A stretch of 63,826 bases of DNA, the filler included, from Lenisia limosa (Eukaryota > Protista > Breviatea): the NCBI GenBank assembly GCA_001655205.1. It is 7 parts of 7 records of this genome, joined end to end, with 100 filler letters (N's around TTAATTAATTAA, not from the genome) between each part and the next. Parts side by side here need not be neighbours in the genome. Positions count along the whole stretch, not along the records: positions 21,299 to 37,905 come from LPNZ01002824.1; 6 more parts are not named here. The stretch is one strand, 5' to 3'. Positions 25,401 to 37,740 of the stretch are shown piece by piece (within the stretch, counting starts at the first letter, position 1; the number at the start of each line of letters is the position of its first letter). Both the position numbers and the translations under genes were made by a program. The notes below the pieces were generated by a model, which was not told the DNA's origin, searched no databases, and worked only from the letters and a program-made list of their open reading frames with translations.

Positions 25401-25747
25401 GATATAGTCTTTTTATGATATACTATATATATATACTATAATTATTTGTTTTCGATCATTCTTTACCTTCAAGGTTCTCAAAGCTCGGTCTCAGCGATAT
25501 AAACAGTCAATGGAAAGGGTAGAAGCTGTTTCCAAAGTAAGCATAAAAGAAAAAGGGGGACAGAAAGAAGTCACCTCGAAATAGTCAGGATTCTTGAATC
25601 AGTTTTTTTTATAATGTTGAATCAGGTCTCAACAGCCCCCTGGTTCAATTCTCGTGTATTTTTCTGTATCCCTCGATTTGATTTGATTATGTGTTCTTGT
25701 TCACGAAAGCCTCACGCTCAAGGCTGGAGACGCCCAAGCAGATCGGC
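22463..25747 (+). CDS. Low-complexity Pro/Ser/Arg-rich protein with repeated RPxSA motifs; 3' end in a gap
   Basis: In-frame GT-AG exons at 22463, ~23233, ~23620, ~23968, ~24270 and ~25474 contain RPKTAP, RPLSAARPQSG, RPATPTSRPQSAR, RPRSAR and RPHSAIR. Confidence 0.55.
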
Positions 25748-26186
25748 NNNNNNNNNNNNNNNNNNNNNNNNNNNNNNNNNNNNNNNNNNNNNNNNNNNNN
25801 NNNNNNNNNNNNNNNNNNNNNNNNNNNNNNNNNNNNNNNNNNNNNNNNNNNNNNNNNNNNNNNNNNNNNNNNNNGATTTTATATTGTGTGGATAGCTTTC
25901 TTATTTTGTAACGTTATGTGTTTGTATGATTTTGTGTTTTAATGGGAAATGTAATGTACAAGTATTGAAAACATCTGTTGATCTTGATTGAGCAAATGGA
26001 CACGGAGAATGATAAAACTTAATAACAACCATTCTTATCGTAAATAGCGGAGAGAAGCTAGAGAGACGCAAAATGAGGGACTGAAGCGTATAAAGTCATT
26101 ATCATACTCATTCAAGATTTACCCCATTATGAGCCATTGTCCAGAACCTGAAATTGTGTGGCCAGGATTCATCAAGAAACAAAAGT

Positions 26187-26906
26187 CTACTCGGTCTCGA
26201 TGTTGGTCTTGGTCTGAACGTAGATACCGTCGAGGAACTAAATAAGGGTCAAAATGGCCAAAATACAAAGAAGAGACATACCTTACGGATATCCTTGTTG
26301 CGGACGAGAGTGCAACCGTGGATCTGAGAAGCCATAAGGGAGACATCCTCAAGAGAGTTGCCCTCAAGGTCGATCTGGTCCTTGGTCTTGGGGTTGCGAG
26401 AAGCAATAACACCATCAACCATCTTGATACGGCGGACGCGCTTCTCTCCAAGGAAGTTACGGATCTCAACTTGCTTGCCATCATCAACAAAGTTAGCGTT
26501 GATGGGGAAATGAGCGTGGACACAACGCATAGAGTACTTGTAACCCTGAAAAAGGTTAATCGGTCTTCAAAACACACTCAAATAATACCTTGGTGACACC
26601 AGTGATCATGTTGGAAACGTGAGAGCAAACGGTACGGAGGAGAGCCTTCTCCTTCTTCTTGCAGCTGTTCAAGGTGATGTTGAAGCTAGCCTTGTTAGCA
26701 GACATCTGGGCACGGATGTGCTTCATGTTGCGAACAAGCTTGCCACGGGGGCCGGTGACGGTGATGACACGAGACTTGCAGGTGACGGTAACTACAAATA
26801 TGAGGGCCCACACTACTCAGACTAGAAAAAAAAGAAAAAAAATTGTATTGCCCAACATACCATCAGCGGGGATCTTAGTGGTAGCGGTCTCAACGAGAGA
26901 TTTCAT
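26187..26906 (-). CDS. RPL9: 60S ribosomal protein L9 (uL6), 4 exons
   Basis: Exons 26906-26861, 26791-26589, 26545-26282 and 26237-26187. Translation: MKSLVETATTKIPADVTVTCKSRVITVTGPRGKL...GYKYSMRCVHAHFPIN...VEIRNFLGEKRVR...TLVRNKDIRKFLDGIYV, stop TAG. Introns are 69, 43 and 44 nt. Confidence 0.98.
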
Positions 26907-27226
26907 CGTGATCTAGCTAGAGTAAATACAGAAGGAAGGGTGAACAATGAAAAACAGCAAAACTCAATAAAACACTTTTTATAGAACAGAAAATACAACT
27001 AACACCAACCTGGCCAAGAAAAGGACTTCAGCACTAAAAAATATTTGGCTAAAAGGAAAATTGGATGACTCAGTTCAGTTCGCAAAAGATAAATTACGAA
27101 TTTAGAAATAGTTAAAAAGAATAAAGTTGTAAACCCTTAAACCCGATAAACAAGAAACAATAAAAAGAACTTAGAAGAGCGACGTGAGAGCGACATAGAG
27201 AAGGAGATAAGAAAGTGCTATACATT

Positions 27227-29980
27227 ATGAACAACGAGATATATGAGCACAGAAAGAAAAGGTACGCTTCCCTCATCCTCTTTTGACTACTAGGTTCTTC
27301 TTCCCCAGAAAAGAGCGCTCAAAAGCCGTAAAAAAGGCTGAATCAAAAATTCTGGCTGCATCCCGCGAACAAGCGTTTGATCCACTTCACCTTTATGTTT
27401 TAGACCAAAAGCCTTACATGACGCACTCACGAAGATTATGTTTGGAAACTTCCCTTCAATGACCCCAACGAAATATATTTTTGACTATGGTATGCTCCTT
27501 CTCCTACCTTTCAATCACCCAATCAAGAATGCCCGCATGTTAGTGTCGCTAGATTTGATGCCATCGAACCCTTCAAAAAATGGTCTGTCGCGGGATTACA
27601 AGCTGTTGTTATTTATACACTTCTTTTGTGAAACTTGGAGTCCATATATCAGCGTTACAGGAGAATTTAATTTATAGGTTTGCTGAAAAAGTTGGTAGAT
27701 ACTTGGACGCACCAAGGGAGGTTTGTCGGGTTGGGTTTTTGATATTTCTCTGTCCTTGCGTTTTTGTATTTCGATTCAATTCCTCTGAGATGATTTCCGT
27801 CCTCTTTTCTTGTTAACAATGTAGACAATCGATTCGATTCTTATGAAGTTTCTCATTACTCAATTGGTGAGTATATACGGGAACAATTCTGAAGCTTGTT
27901 TCTCTAATACTTGTAATTTTACACGAAATGTCGATGATTTCATCTTACTATAAATATATTGCTGTTTGTTGTTTCTCAATTTAAAAGTAATATGTATTCC
28001 TCTCCTCTTTTTCTTCAAGGCATAATCATTTTTTGAGTTTACTTATTTCCCTGTCTTCCCATTGTCTTCCGCTTACCTTCCAGTTTTACGAGTCCCATGG
28101 TGGGGATGCCGCCGTCCCTTGCCAAGCCTGGTCATTCCTTGGCATTTACCAGGATCTCAAGATCCGTGGTTTGGAGGAAGAAAAGGTGGGGCTGCTTAAT
28201 TTGTTTTTGGTTGTAGTTGGTCAATCTTTTTGAAAATTGGTTTTACAGTTCTCGTTTGCCTTGCCTCCCTCACGTGTTTTCATTTGTTCTAGATTGAAGA
28301 AATCACTTCAGAGTTAGACTCAAGGCTAAAAGGTGTGTCGTTTTTAGAGTTTGGTCTTAGATATTCATACATATATATTACATAATATTGTAATATAATA
28401 TCATATGCATATTCTATGATATTGTATAAAATATACCTTTCATTTCCACAAATGTTTTATGAAGCAACTTGCTGTTTACCTTCACCACACTTTTTTTCAA
28501 ATGAACCTTAAAAGGTCAAGTTAAGATTGATATCAATCCATTTTCTGTCCCAATCTAAACTATTGGTTAACTCTTTAGCACTATCGACCCCTATTCACGG
28601 TACTCGCCCGTGTTCTCATGACCACACGAGCACTCAATGGTACCCTGAAAGTATGGTGGAATTGCAAAGCTAATGTCATTCTGTGATGTCTTACAGAATT
28701 ATTAATATATACTATTTTCTATCACATCATATTCATATGGTATGTTTGTCGAGAATTTCTATCTTTAAAGATCAGAGATCTAAAACGTTCGACAGTGCAA
28801 CAGAATCGGTCTTCATGTCATATAAAGCTGATAGTCGTATCTTGGGAGCAATGTACTTACACTACAATAGACACGTCCTTCTTGTCAGCATTTCCTCCTC
28901 CCGCCGATGGGAGCGGAAACCCCCAATGGCCGAACCTTGGGCCCAAGCCCCAGTGCTCCTATGAGATCAATGCTAGCTCAATTCAAGTTGGAGTTTTTTT
29001 TTGTTTCAAACTATCACTCGTATTTCAAAGTGCGGAAGTTTTATAATAGTGTACTACTATATATTTATTTGATGTATTAGTGTATCATATGATATGTGAG
29101 ACCAAATGTTTCAACCTTGACAGTCAACTCTTAAGGTTTTCCATTCTGAAGGAAACTTACCATCTTGATGAATTCGTCTTAAATACTCTGTATAAACTTT
29201 AATTAATCTGCACTTTTTATATTTAATATTTCATGACACTCTGACTTTCAGCACGGGGCTACGACCTATAACTGGCATGGTTCCATTGTGACAGTCCCTA
29301 ACAAAATCCAAACAAGATACTTCGATAAAATGAACATTGAGTCAAAGGTTAGCTGATAATATCAGTTGTGTGAGTGTGTGTTGCTCAACAAATTTACACT
29401 CAAGGACAAGCCTGATGAAAACACTCTGAAATTGTCTCTTTTTTCTGCATTTGAGACCTATGCTACACTTAACTGCCCTCACATATGGCCCCAAATCCCC
29501 AAAGATGTTGAAATCTGCCTTAAAAACGGTAAGGGGAGGGAGTGATGGCTCTTGCCACCACCTATTTGTATTATTGTTATTGTTATTGTTTGCTTTTTTG
29601 TATTTCGTTTTCTTTTGGAGGTTTCCCTTATGTTATCATATCGACTCCCTATTATTGAACATGAATTTACCCCGTTTCCCTTACTGCATTTCTTTCACCT
29701 CTTTCATCTACAACTGGTGTGCAGGGTTATGCGAAGATTTCCTTCAGTTTTTAACAGATTTGATTCTGGGTGTTTTTTTCATATATTCCCTCCCCCAGAA
29801 TTCAGAACAGTTAGAATGTGGTTATGTCAAGGCTGGGCCTCTCGGTATCACACCGCATTCCCATTCCTTGGCAATGACCTTGCTGCCACCCCTCGAATGC
29901 CTTTTATGCCGACTCTGAAAGGCGGAACTATCGTTATTCCACCCAAAATCCCGGAGGTCAGAGCCTTGAACGATTTGTGA
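27227..29980 (+). CDS. Uncharacterised multi-exon protein
   Basis: GT-AG-bounded open exons: PKALHDALTKIMFGNFPSMTPTKYIFDYECPHV, FYESHGGDAAVPCQAW, YRPLFTVLARVLMTTRALNGTLK, HGATTYNWHGSIVTVP and a terminal EFRTVRMWLCQGW...RALNDL*. No family recognised; start uncertain. Confidence 0.5.
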
Positions 29981-30033
29981 AATAGAACTAAGGCTCACGT
30001 TCAGAGTTAATTTTTGGTAGATTCAAGTGGCTG

Positions 30034-30740
30034 TCATAGACATGATACTTGCCCGACTGGAAGAGGAAAAAGAGGGTGCACATGTACTGATTTTCCTTGC
30101 AGGAACTGACTCCAATGGTCCAGCTGTCTCTGTGAGGCGGGCAGATACCTTTCTCATTCTTCAAATCATATCATATCATGTTTTATTGTAATGAGAGATA
30201 AGTAAACGCTATCGAACCGGGTTGAACCATCATTCTAATCTATCTGACGTCTCTGAGTTCACAATTTTATCAATGATGGATTGAGTAAGGTTGTTTCATT
30301 GCTTATGAAAAGGGCTTTGTGTTTTATCTTGTTTTCATAGATCATTATATTTAAGTTTTTCTAATCCCCCAATAACCGTCACTGCTCAGCTTGCCAGACA
30401 AAGTGAGTACTTCGATCGAATCCCACTGGAATCCCATAAGCACTTCTGGGCAACTGTCCGGCCGGACAAGGCCTACACAAACCTTAGCCCGGTGGGGGTG
30501 GTCTTGAGTCTTGAAGAAACTATCAAGCGTATAATGATTATTTCCTTGAGCCATGTGTAAGGCTTCGGCCAGATTCAACCTTGTATTATTTCTCATCTCT
30601 ACATATGCATATCATACATAACATAAAAATACCAGTTCAGCTTTCCCTAAATATTGAATTCCTCAATCATCTTGCTCTTATCTCCCAAGAAAACAATACC
30701 TGAAATTGGGGAAACGACCTACATGGCCGACTACCATTCT
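30034..30740 (-). CDS. Small uncharacterised multi-exon protein
   Basis: Exon-like pieces VVGHVGRFPNF, RNNTRLNLAEALHMAQGNNHYTLDSFFKTQDHPHRAK and KYLPASQRQLDHWSQFLQGK...VSCL*. Joins are uncertain. Confidence 0.35.
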
Positions 30741-31353
30741 CGCATTGTCATTCTGAAAAATGCCAAAAGTCATTTTAGATTGGAAGGTGGGAAAAGAATG
30801 GGCCCGTTGCCAGAAGCAATTACTATTTAAAACTCTCTATGGGGCAAAAAGCAACGCGCCGATTTTGAAATTACGCTGAAATACGGAATTCCCAAATTTT
30901 CACTTATATTTGATTTCGCGCGCTTGCTGTTTGACCCATTCCTTTCCTCGCATTCCTTATCAGAGATCTTTGTTTTACATTGATCTATGATTATTTGTGT
31001 ATCTTATCCTTTTTCATTGGCTTAGAAAAGACTTTCAAGGCCCTCATGAGAGCCTATGAGACTATAGGCAAAACTTGTGGACAAGGAAGATGAAAACGAA
31101 ATTCGTTTGCCTCTAACTGATGAATACCTCGTGTTTCCGTTTCGCTGTTTTGATAGCAATTACAAGTGGTAAATGGGGGAAACAGCTTTATTTATGCAAG
31201 CGATAATAATAAGTTATAAGTGTACAACAGTTCTATAATACAGTTCCGATGGTTTGAGAAGGGTGCGATCTAAAACAGTTAAAGAGGAAGACAATGATTT
31301 CAGTTTTGGAAACAAGGGAGTCGGAAAAATGTCATTTGCCAATGCTCACCAGT

Positions 31354-34335
31354 TTAATGGCCGCCTTGGTCCTTGAAGATTCTGCGGATCTTGTCGTTGT
31401 TGGGGTTCTTAGGGCCGAGCCACTCGGGGCGTGCGTCCATGAGAGCTTCCCACATCCATTCGCCAGAAATTGAGTTGAGGAGCTGAGAGGGGTGGAAACC
31501 TAAAGGGTCAAATCCACCAAACATGCAAATACAAAGAAAACAATTGAAATGAAAGGTAACCGACACTCAACCCACATACCATCGACAGGGTCAAGTGTGT
31601 CAGCAAGTCGGAAGCCTCTAGATACGGCAGTGTCCATAAGGTGCTTCAGGGGGGACAAGAAGAAGATCTGGAAATGTCAGAGGAGCAAACAAAGGACGAG
31701 TGGAGTTGGCATGATTGTGCCAAGCTTACCAGGTCAAAGTTCTCGAACTTCTCCTCTTTAGCAATGCGCTCGTATTCCTTGTTGAGGAGAGAGGCACGTC
31801 TAAGACAATCAGTCAATGCACAACTCAGAAATGGCAATCATGAATATAGTCATGTTCTCTTGAAAAAGTGGAGGCTTACCTTGAAGCCTCGTCACGAGTA
31901 GCCTTGTCCTTGTTCATCCATGGCCAGCAGGGGGAAACCTTCAGACAGTCTAAAATGTCAGAAATGGACTTTTAATGAAGTCGAAAAAGCGTGCTTAAGA
32001 TAGAACGCCTTGACCTACTCATGTATTCGTAGAGCTCTCCGTATTCGAATCCGAGGGGGTGGGTTTCGTTGTGAAGAATGTCGTAATGGAAGGCCTCCTG
32101 AAGTACGCCAATCATGGCAATATGCGAGCCCTGAATGGTAAGACGAATATGGTAACTTTCCAAAAGGGGAAGTCAGACTGCAAACCTTGGGCATGACAGA
32201 GTCGAAATAACGGAGGCGCTCCATGGTGTTGTTGTAGAAGTCGGGGGGAGTGATGATCTCATCGAGAGAGTCAGCGTGACAGACATCATTGCCTAATATG
32301 GTAAGCGACAATGACACGACATGTCCCAAATAAGGAAAGTGGCCGCCGGACAAACCGATAAGTTCGTAGATCAGAAGCATAGGTGCGTCGTTTTGGCTGT
32401 CGGAGGCGAGATAGCGAATGTCATCATGGTTGTTGTCTGACCGGGCACTACAGGGGTGAAAAAAAGCGATTAATGAGAATGCCAAGAATGTCGTGCTCGA
32501 GGTCTGAAGGAATGTTGCCGGCGCGGCTTACCCGTTGACACAGATGTTTTGGTACTGACGATGGTTGCAGAGGTTGTGCTCGCGCATCTAACAGGATAAG
32601 AGAATGACGGAAGGACTAAGTAGGCACTTGACTGTATGGGGCACAGGGATCTACACTGCATACCTGGAGGTAGAGAGACTGGACTGGACGTTCAGGGGTG
32701 GACTCCTCATAGCCGGTGAAGAAGCCACTGTGATGGTCAGAGAGTGAAAAAACATTGTATTTAAATTCCAAGGCTTGTGTGGCTTTTCAAACGAAGAGCT
32801 GGGACAAGGCTTACAAATGGGGAAGGTCAAGTTCGTCAGCAATGCGCTCGTAAAGGTTGGAGAAGGTGTGACGGTTCCACTGACGGGGGCTGACCCTGAA
32901 GCGTGTAAAAAAACAAAACAAGGCTATGGCTGGGAATAAGCCTATCATCACAAGAGAATGAATTTGCTCTTTCTCACCATGCGGGATCAACGCTGAAATG
33001 GGCGCCGGCACTGTCACCAGAAACCACAGTCGTCATTGGGGGGTATTCGCCACAAAGCTCCTCCTCATAGGTGTTTTCTGAAGGGTAAAACAAGATTCAA
33101 GATGATGGTGAAGGAGACGTCAGAGAGTCCGCCAGCCTACTAGTGTCGGGGTTGGTGCCCTTGATGCCATTGCAGTTGTGGTCGAAAGTGTGTTCGTCGT
33201 CACCAGCAAGGCGGCCTGGGTAGATGTTGTGGTTCTCCTCATGGCTGAAAGAATGAGATGACTGTGGATCTCAAGAGAGAATGAAAGAGATAGGTTGTGG
33301 AGCCCACCAGTCACGACCGCGCCAATGAGACCCGCGAAGCTCGGTGTAGGCACTGAACTTGTCTTGGTCCAAATCCTCGAACGGCTTCTTGTCTTCAATC
33401 TAAACAAGGTTAATCCGTTTCTTCTCAATATCTCTACACCACTAATATCAAAATCCAGTCCACCTTGGCAAGAAGATCCTTGATCCAGTCCATGGGGCTG
33501 TTGACGTTGTGCATATGCTGGGAAAGCTTCAGGAGCTCAGAATCGGAAGGAACGTAGAGGGTGTCGGTCTTGGAGTCCTCGGAAAGACCAGTCTTGATCT
33601 TGGGACGAATTCCTGGTGGGTGAATAAACAACTCCAAACAAGAGGGTCCAGCAAGAAAAGACAATGTGATGAACTGAATGATATATCTTATTGATGCAGC
33701 AAAAATAGATAAATATCGCTATATGCTCAAATGATGAAATGAATATGTGAACAAAAGAAAGAGTCATACCTGGGACAGGGCATTCACCAGCCTTGCGGGT
33801 GCAGAATCTCATGTCAGTACAGGCCTTCTCAATGGAGCCGTGTTTCTCTAAGGACTGCAAGACGGTCTCACCAAAGGCAACAACGGCAATTTCACAAGCC
33901 TCGCGGGGGCCCTTCGAGGGGAAAACATGACAGATTGAGGACATAGCCTGGAGGGTCAGCAGTTGCTTTAAGGAAGATATCCCATAATCTGAGAGAATGT
34001 AATTCAAGGAATCCGAGGGAAATAGGGTGGCATGGCTTACCTCTTCGATAGTAGCCTCATGCTCATCAGCATACTCGATAATAGTGTAAAGAGCCAGGCC
34101 ACAGGCAAAGCAATTGCTGTTAGTCGACTCTAGAAAGGATGTGAGAAAAAGGTTGTGCGTGAAAAATTCCACCGTTAATTCACAACCCAGTAATTCCAAG
34201 CTCACCCTTGCCAAGACGACCGCCAGAAGGGAACAAAAGATCAAAAGGAGTTGAAATAGAGGCGCTGTTGCCGGTAATAAGGAAGACACAGACCATAAGG
34301 CACACCAGCCAGGGAGTACCCATCAGTGACATCAT
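31354..34335 (-). CDS. AOAH: Acyloxyacyl hydrolase (saposin B + SGNH/GDSL lipase)
   Basis: Signal peptide MMSLMGTPWLVCLMVCVFLITGNS (ATG at 34335). Saposin cysteines CFACGLAL...ACEIAVV...ACTDMRFC. Catalytic block VVSGDSAGAHF (~33000-33030), LIYELIG/NDVCH, and DPLGFHPSQ with the AOAH-typical end WLGPKNPNNDKIRRIFKDQGGH* (31354). Confidence 0.95.
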
Positions 34336-34848
34336 CTATAAGTCCGTTAGAACAAATATAACTCCATTTTTAAGTTTGTATTCAACCATTAAAGCTAATA
34401 CGAAGCAAGAAGGCCCTGAAGGCGAGAAATGAGTTTCCGCCTTTCCCACCTTTAATAATATCTTGTCGTATTCTGCGATGTACACCTAATTAATAGAAAG
34501 ATTACGTTTAAAGTTAAATAAATTAAGGCGAACTAGTCAGTGGAACGTAAAGAGGTTGCCAAAAAAGAAAATTTTCTTTTAAAACTCACGCACAACACAC
34601 ATAACATCACACACAACATCACGCACAACACGTTGTGCTACTCTTGGTGTTTATATAGGAGACTTTTTTTTCTCCAAAACCACACCTCCTAGCACCAACC
34701 TAGCACCAACCCGCTTCCCCCCTCCCTTATCTTGCGTGCATCACCATTGTCTGAGCATTGTGGTGAATTACATATTTCATTTGATTGTTTACGTGTCTTC
34801 GTAGAAAAATCTAATAGTTGATCAATTGATAGACTCCCTTCCAAAACA

Positions 34849-36532
34849 ATGGTATACAGGCAATTATTCATGTATATATGATGGAATGTATTATTAAATA
34901 TTCAAGACTTCCTCTCATTGATCAGGCTGGTTCCGCTGCAAAGAAACGTGCCCAAGACAATGAGAAGATTATGAACAATATAACGTACTACTTCTTCGGA
35001 ACGACTGTTTGAGGATTTACCATTTCTTTGCCGGGATTATTCATGATTTAGATTTGAGGGGATTCGCTATTCTTTCTTCATGATTTAGATTTTTCATGTA
35101 ATTTTTGGACTTCTTATCCACTTCCAAACAATTGAGGTTTGCTGGTACATAGGTTCTTATTATCAAAGGATTGTTCATTTACAAGATGGGACTGGCTTTC
35201 TAACTCATATAACTTTTTATCATTTAATTGATGGCATTGTCTTCCAAGAACAGGAAACTGGTACAACAGAGATTCCCGATTTCATACCCCTTAATCAACC
35301 TGGCCTCTTTTTTTTTGCTTTGCTGTTTTCAGCCTTGTGTGTTTCGCTAATGTTTAGCCAACATAGTTTATTCTGACTTGTTTTGTATCATATAGTAATT
35401 TTCATTTTTTTGCTCCCATTGACGATGCCAGTTTAGTGACCTCTTCTTTTTCGCCATGAACGCTGCCTCAATGGGTTTCTCTTTCAGCCAAATTTCAACT
35501 TTCTGTGAGGGGATATGCACAATACAGAGTTGTCTTAAACTTCAAACTGTTTCAATATAATCACATTTAAATGTGTCTTTTGCATGTCAGGGACGGATGG
35601 AAATTAAGATTCTTTTTCATCATTTGTAATTGTTTTTTAGCTCAAAATGGAGATCTCAACCAAAAAGGTCTTATTTCGTCAGAGGAGGGTTGTTGTTATT
35701 CATTTTAAGGAACATTAGATCATTTCCACCTGCTTATAGTTTTTTTTTTTTTTTTTTTTTAACGATACAGCTTCTATTTTGACTCAATTTACGTTGGCGG
35801 CTTCGTAATGGTGTTTTCATGCTTCTGGAGCAAAGTATGCTGATGCGTTATTCATAAAAGTGAATTTGAAACACTCATCCTTTTGGGGATTGTATTCTTC
35901 TAACAGCATGCTTGTAGACCTACTGGCTTCTTCTCTTAGTGCCATGCTTCCTTGGTTATATGGCATGGACCACCTTCATTGCCCCCCTTTGGAACATGAA
36001 ATCGGCTGTTGATGCCAAGGTGGGGTCTCAGTAGTGATGCTAGTCCTGCTTATCACAGATATTTTGAATACCATAGCCTCATCACTACATATCATATAGT
36101 ATGTACAATGTTGGGGAGGGGGGATGATGACTTCACTTACACATAATGTTGAGTCACGAAGGAAGCTGTGTGTAGAATTTGTTAGGCATCATACTTATCA
36201 TATAATTAATATTTAATACTAAATTGTGTATAATATGTGTAAAATCACACACATATTATTATGTAGATAAAAACACGCTTTATGAGATATTGGATTAATG
36301 TACTATTAATTCACCCAATCATTTGCCTTACAACTCTGTGCACACAGCATTCTGCATGCCTCTCCATTATAATACATCTTTTAGTCTAATAGAATATTTC
36401 ATAGTTTTTTTAACTTGTTTTTGTGCTATTATAATTGGTTTTTGTGACACTGGATTTATTTCTGCTTCATTGCTTCAGAACGACCAAACTAATGCCTCAA
36501 ATAAAAAGCAGAAGATCAAGTATTCAAGATAA
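34849..36532 (+). CDS. TMEM208: TMEM208/SND2 (SRP-independent ER targeting) homolog
   Basis: ATG is followed directly by an intron, then AGSAAKKRAQDNEKIMNNITYYFF. Later exons: NGDLNQKGLISFYFDSIYVGGFVMVFS, YWLLLLVPCFLGYMAWTTFIAP and a basic tail NKKQKIKYSR* (36530-36532). One internal junction (~35150-35440) is unresolved. Confidence 0.8.
36164..36360. mobile_element. MITE-like element with imperfect terminal inverted repeats in a TMEM208 intron
   Basis: GAAGCTGTGTGTAGAATTTGTTAGGCA (~36166) faces TGCCTTACAACTCTGTGCACACAGC (~36324). The right arm also occurs at ~17990-18045. No target-site duplication established. Confidence 0.45.
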
Positions 36533-36829
36533 GCTGATATCCTTTTTTCGTTTGTGTTTGTCTCTTTCTTCTTTCCCCCTTTTTTGTTTCATTTGAAGTT
36601 GGATTTAGCTGATACACTTTGAACATTAATGTACATCTATTGATACCTTAACTAATAATTTACACGATCAAATAATAAATAAGGAAGTTCCCAAGGCTTA
36701 TGTACAAGTACACTCTAAAAAGATGAAGAGTAGAATATTTCTTTTGAGTAATATTTTGTATCTGAGAATGAACGAGAGATAGAGCGAATGACTGTATGAG
36801 CTTCACAACAGCCTAACGTACCTCAGTTG

Positions 36830-37740
36830 ATGGCTGGGACCATGGGGTGGGCATTGAGGTAGTGGTCGAGGTTTTGATACTGAGTTGTTGGTTGGGGCTG
36901 CAAGGATCAGACGACGGAAAACAGGGCTATTCATTTGCCATTTTTAATAAAAAAAATTACCAAAAGACCCCCTATAATGTCGCATATCAATTGATTCAAA
37001 AAAAAAAAAATCACAACCCCGATGGTGAATTAGATTCAATCCCAAAGTAGCCCAACCCTGGTTTCCATCGTGGTCATGGCGGCGTGATTAGTGAACTTCT
37101 TGCGCCCTCTTGGCTCGAAATCCTCAGAAAATACTTTCGGGGGGCTGACGTGTCGTCGTCCACGCGGCCGGATACTATGATGGTGAGAGGAAACAGTGAG
37201 AGAATGAACAATAATGGTTGTGATGAGAAAATGAACAATAACGGTGATACTATTGTGTGGTAGAACAATGAACAATAACGGTGGTACCACTGTCACCAGT
37301 CGAGAGGTGTTTATGTTAGTATAATGATGGTAATCAGAACGACAATGTATTACATTGATGTATTATGTCTGCGCAATAAAGGAGGATGAATAGAGCAATA
37401 ATGGTAGTGATGAAAATAACAAGATGTGGAGATGTGTAGAAATATTCAACGGGTCGTACAGGCCCCCTTGTTACAAGCCAGAATGAAACAAAGGGAGGTA
37501 TGAGGTTCAGAAAAGAGTATAAAAAAAGAAAGGTCAGATGGAAAGACGTAGGAGCATCATTATATAGAGATGAGAAATAAAAAAATGCATCTGGAGCATC
37601 ACTATACTTAGTCAAAGATCACAAAGGACCTGCTACTCACTGTGTATGAAGAGATGAGCCACCTTGGCCGGCCCGAAGGGGGGAATTCGCGGTGGCTGCC
37701 GGCGGTTCCTTTACCGCAGCGGACTGCTAAATAGAATGAC
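36830..37740 (-). CDS. Possible 3' part of an uncharacterised gene with a hydrophobic segment
   Basis: Exon-like pieces REFPPSGRPKVLISSYT, YSDAPDAFFYFSSLY and PHLVIFITTIIALFILLYC, each with nearby GT/AG sites. Confidence 0.3.

Noticed and set aside
28580-28660. Histidine phosphatase RHG-type motif (IHGTRP)
   Set aside because: No Arg precedes HG, and a different frame fits the splice sites better.
8310-34335. Clustered LPS-handling locus (RZ finger, Rac, CD36, AOAH)
   Set aside because: AOAH is on a different scaffold beyond the linker at 21243. The RZ, Rac and CD36 genes are true neighbours, but eukaryotic adjacency alone does not show shared function.
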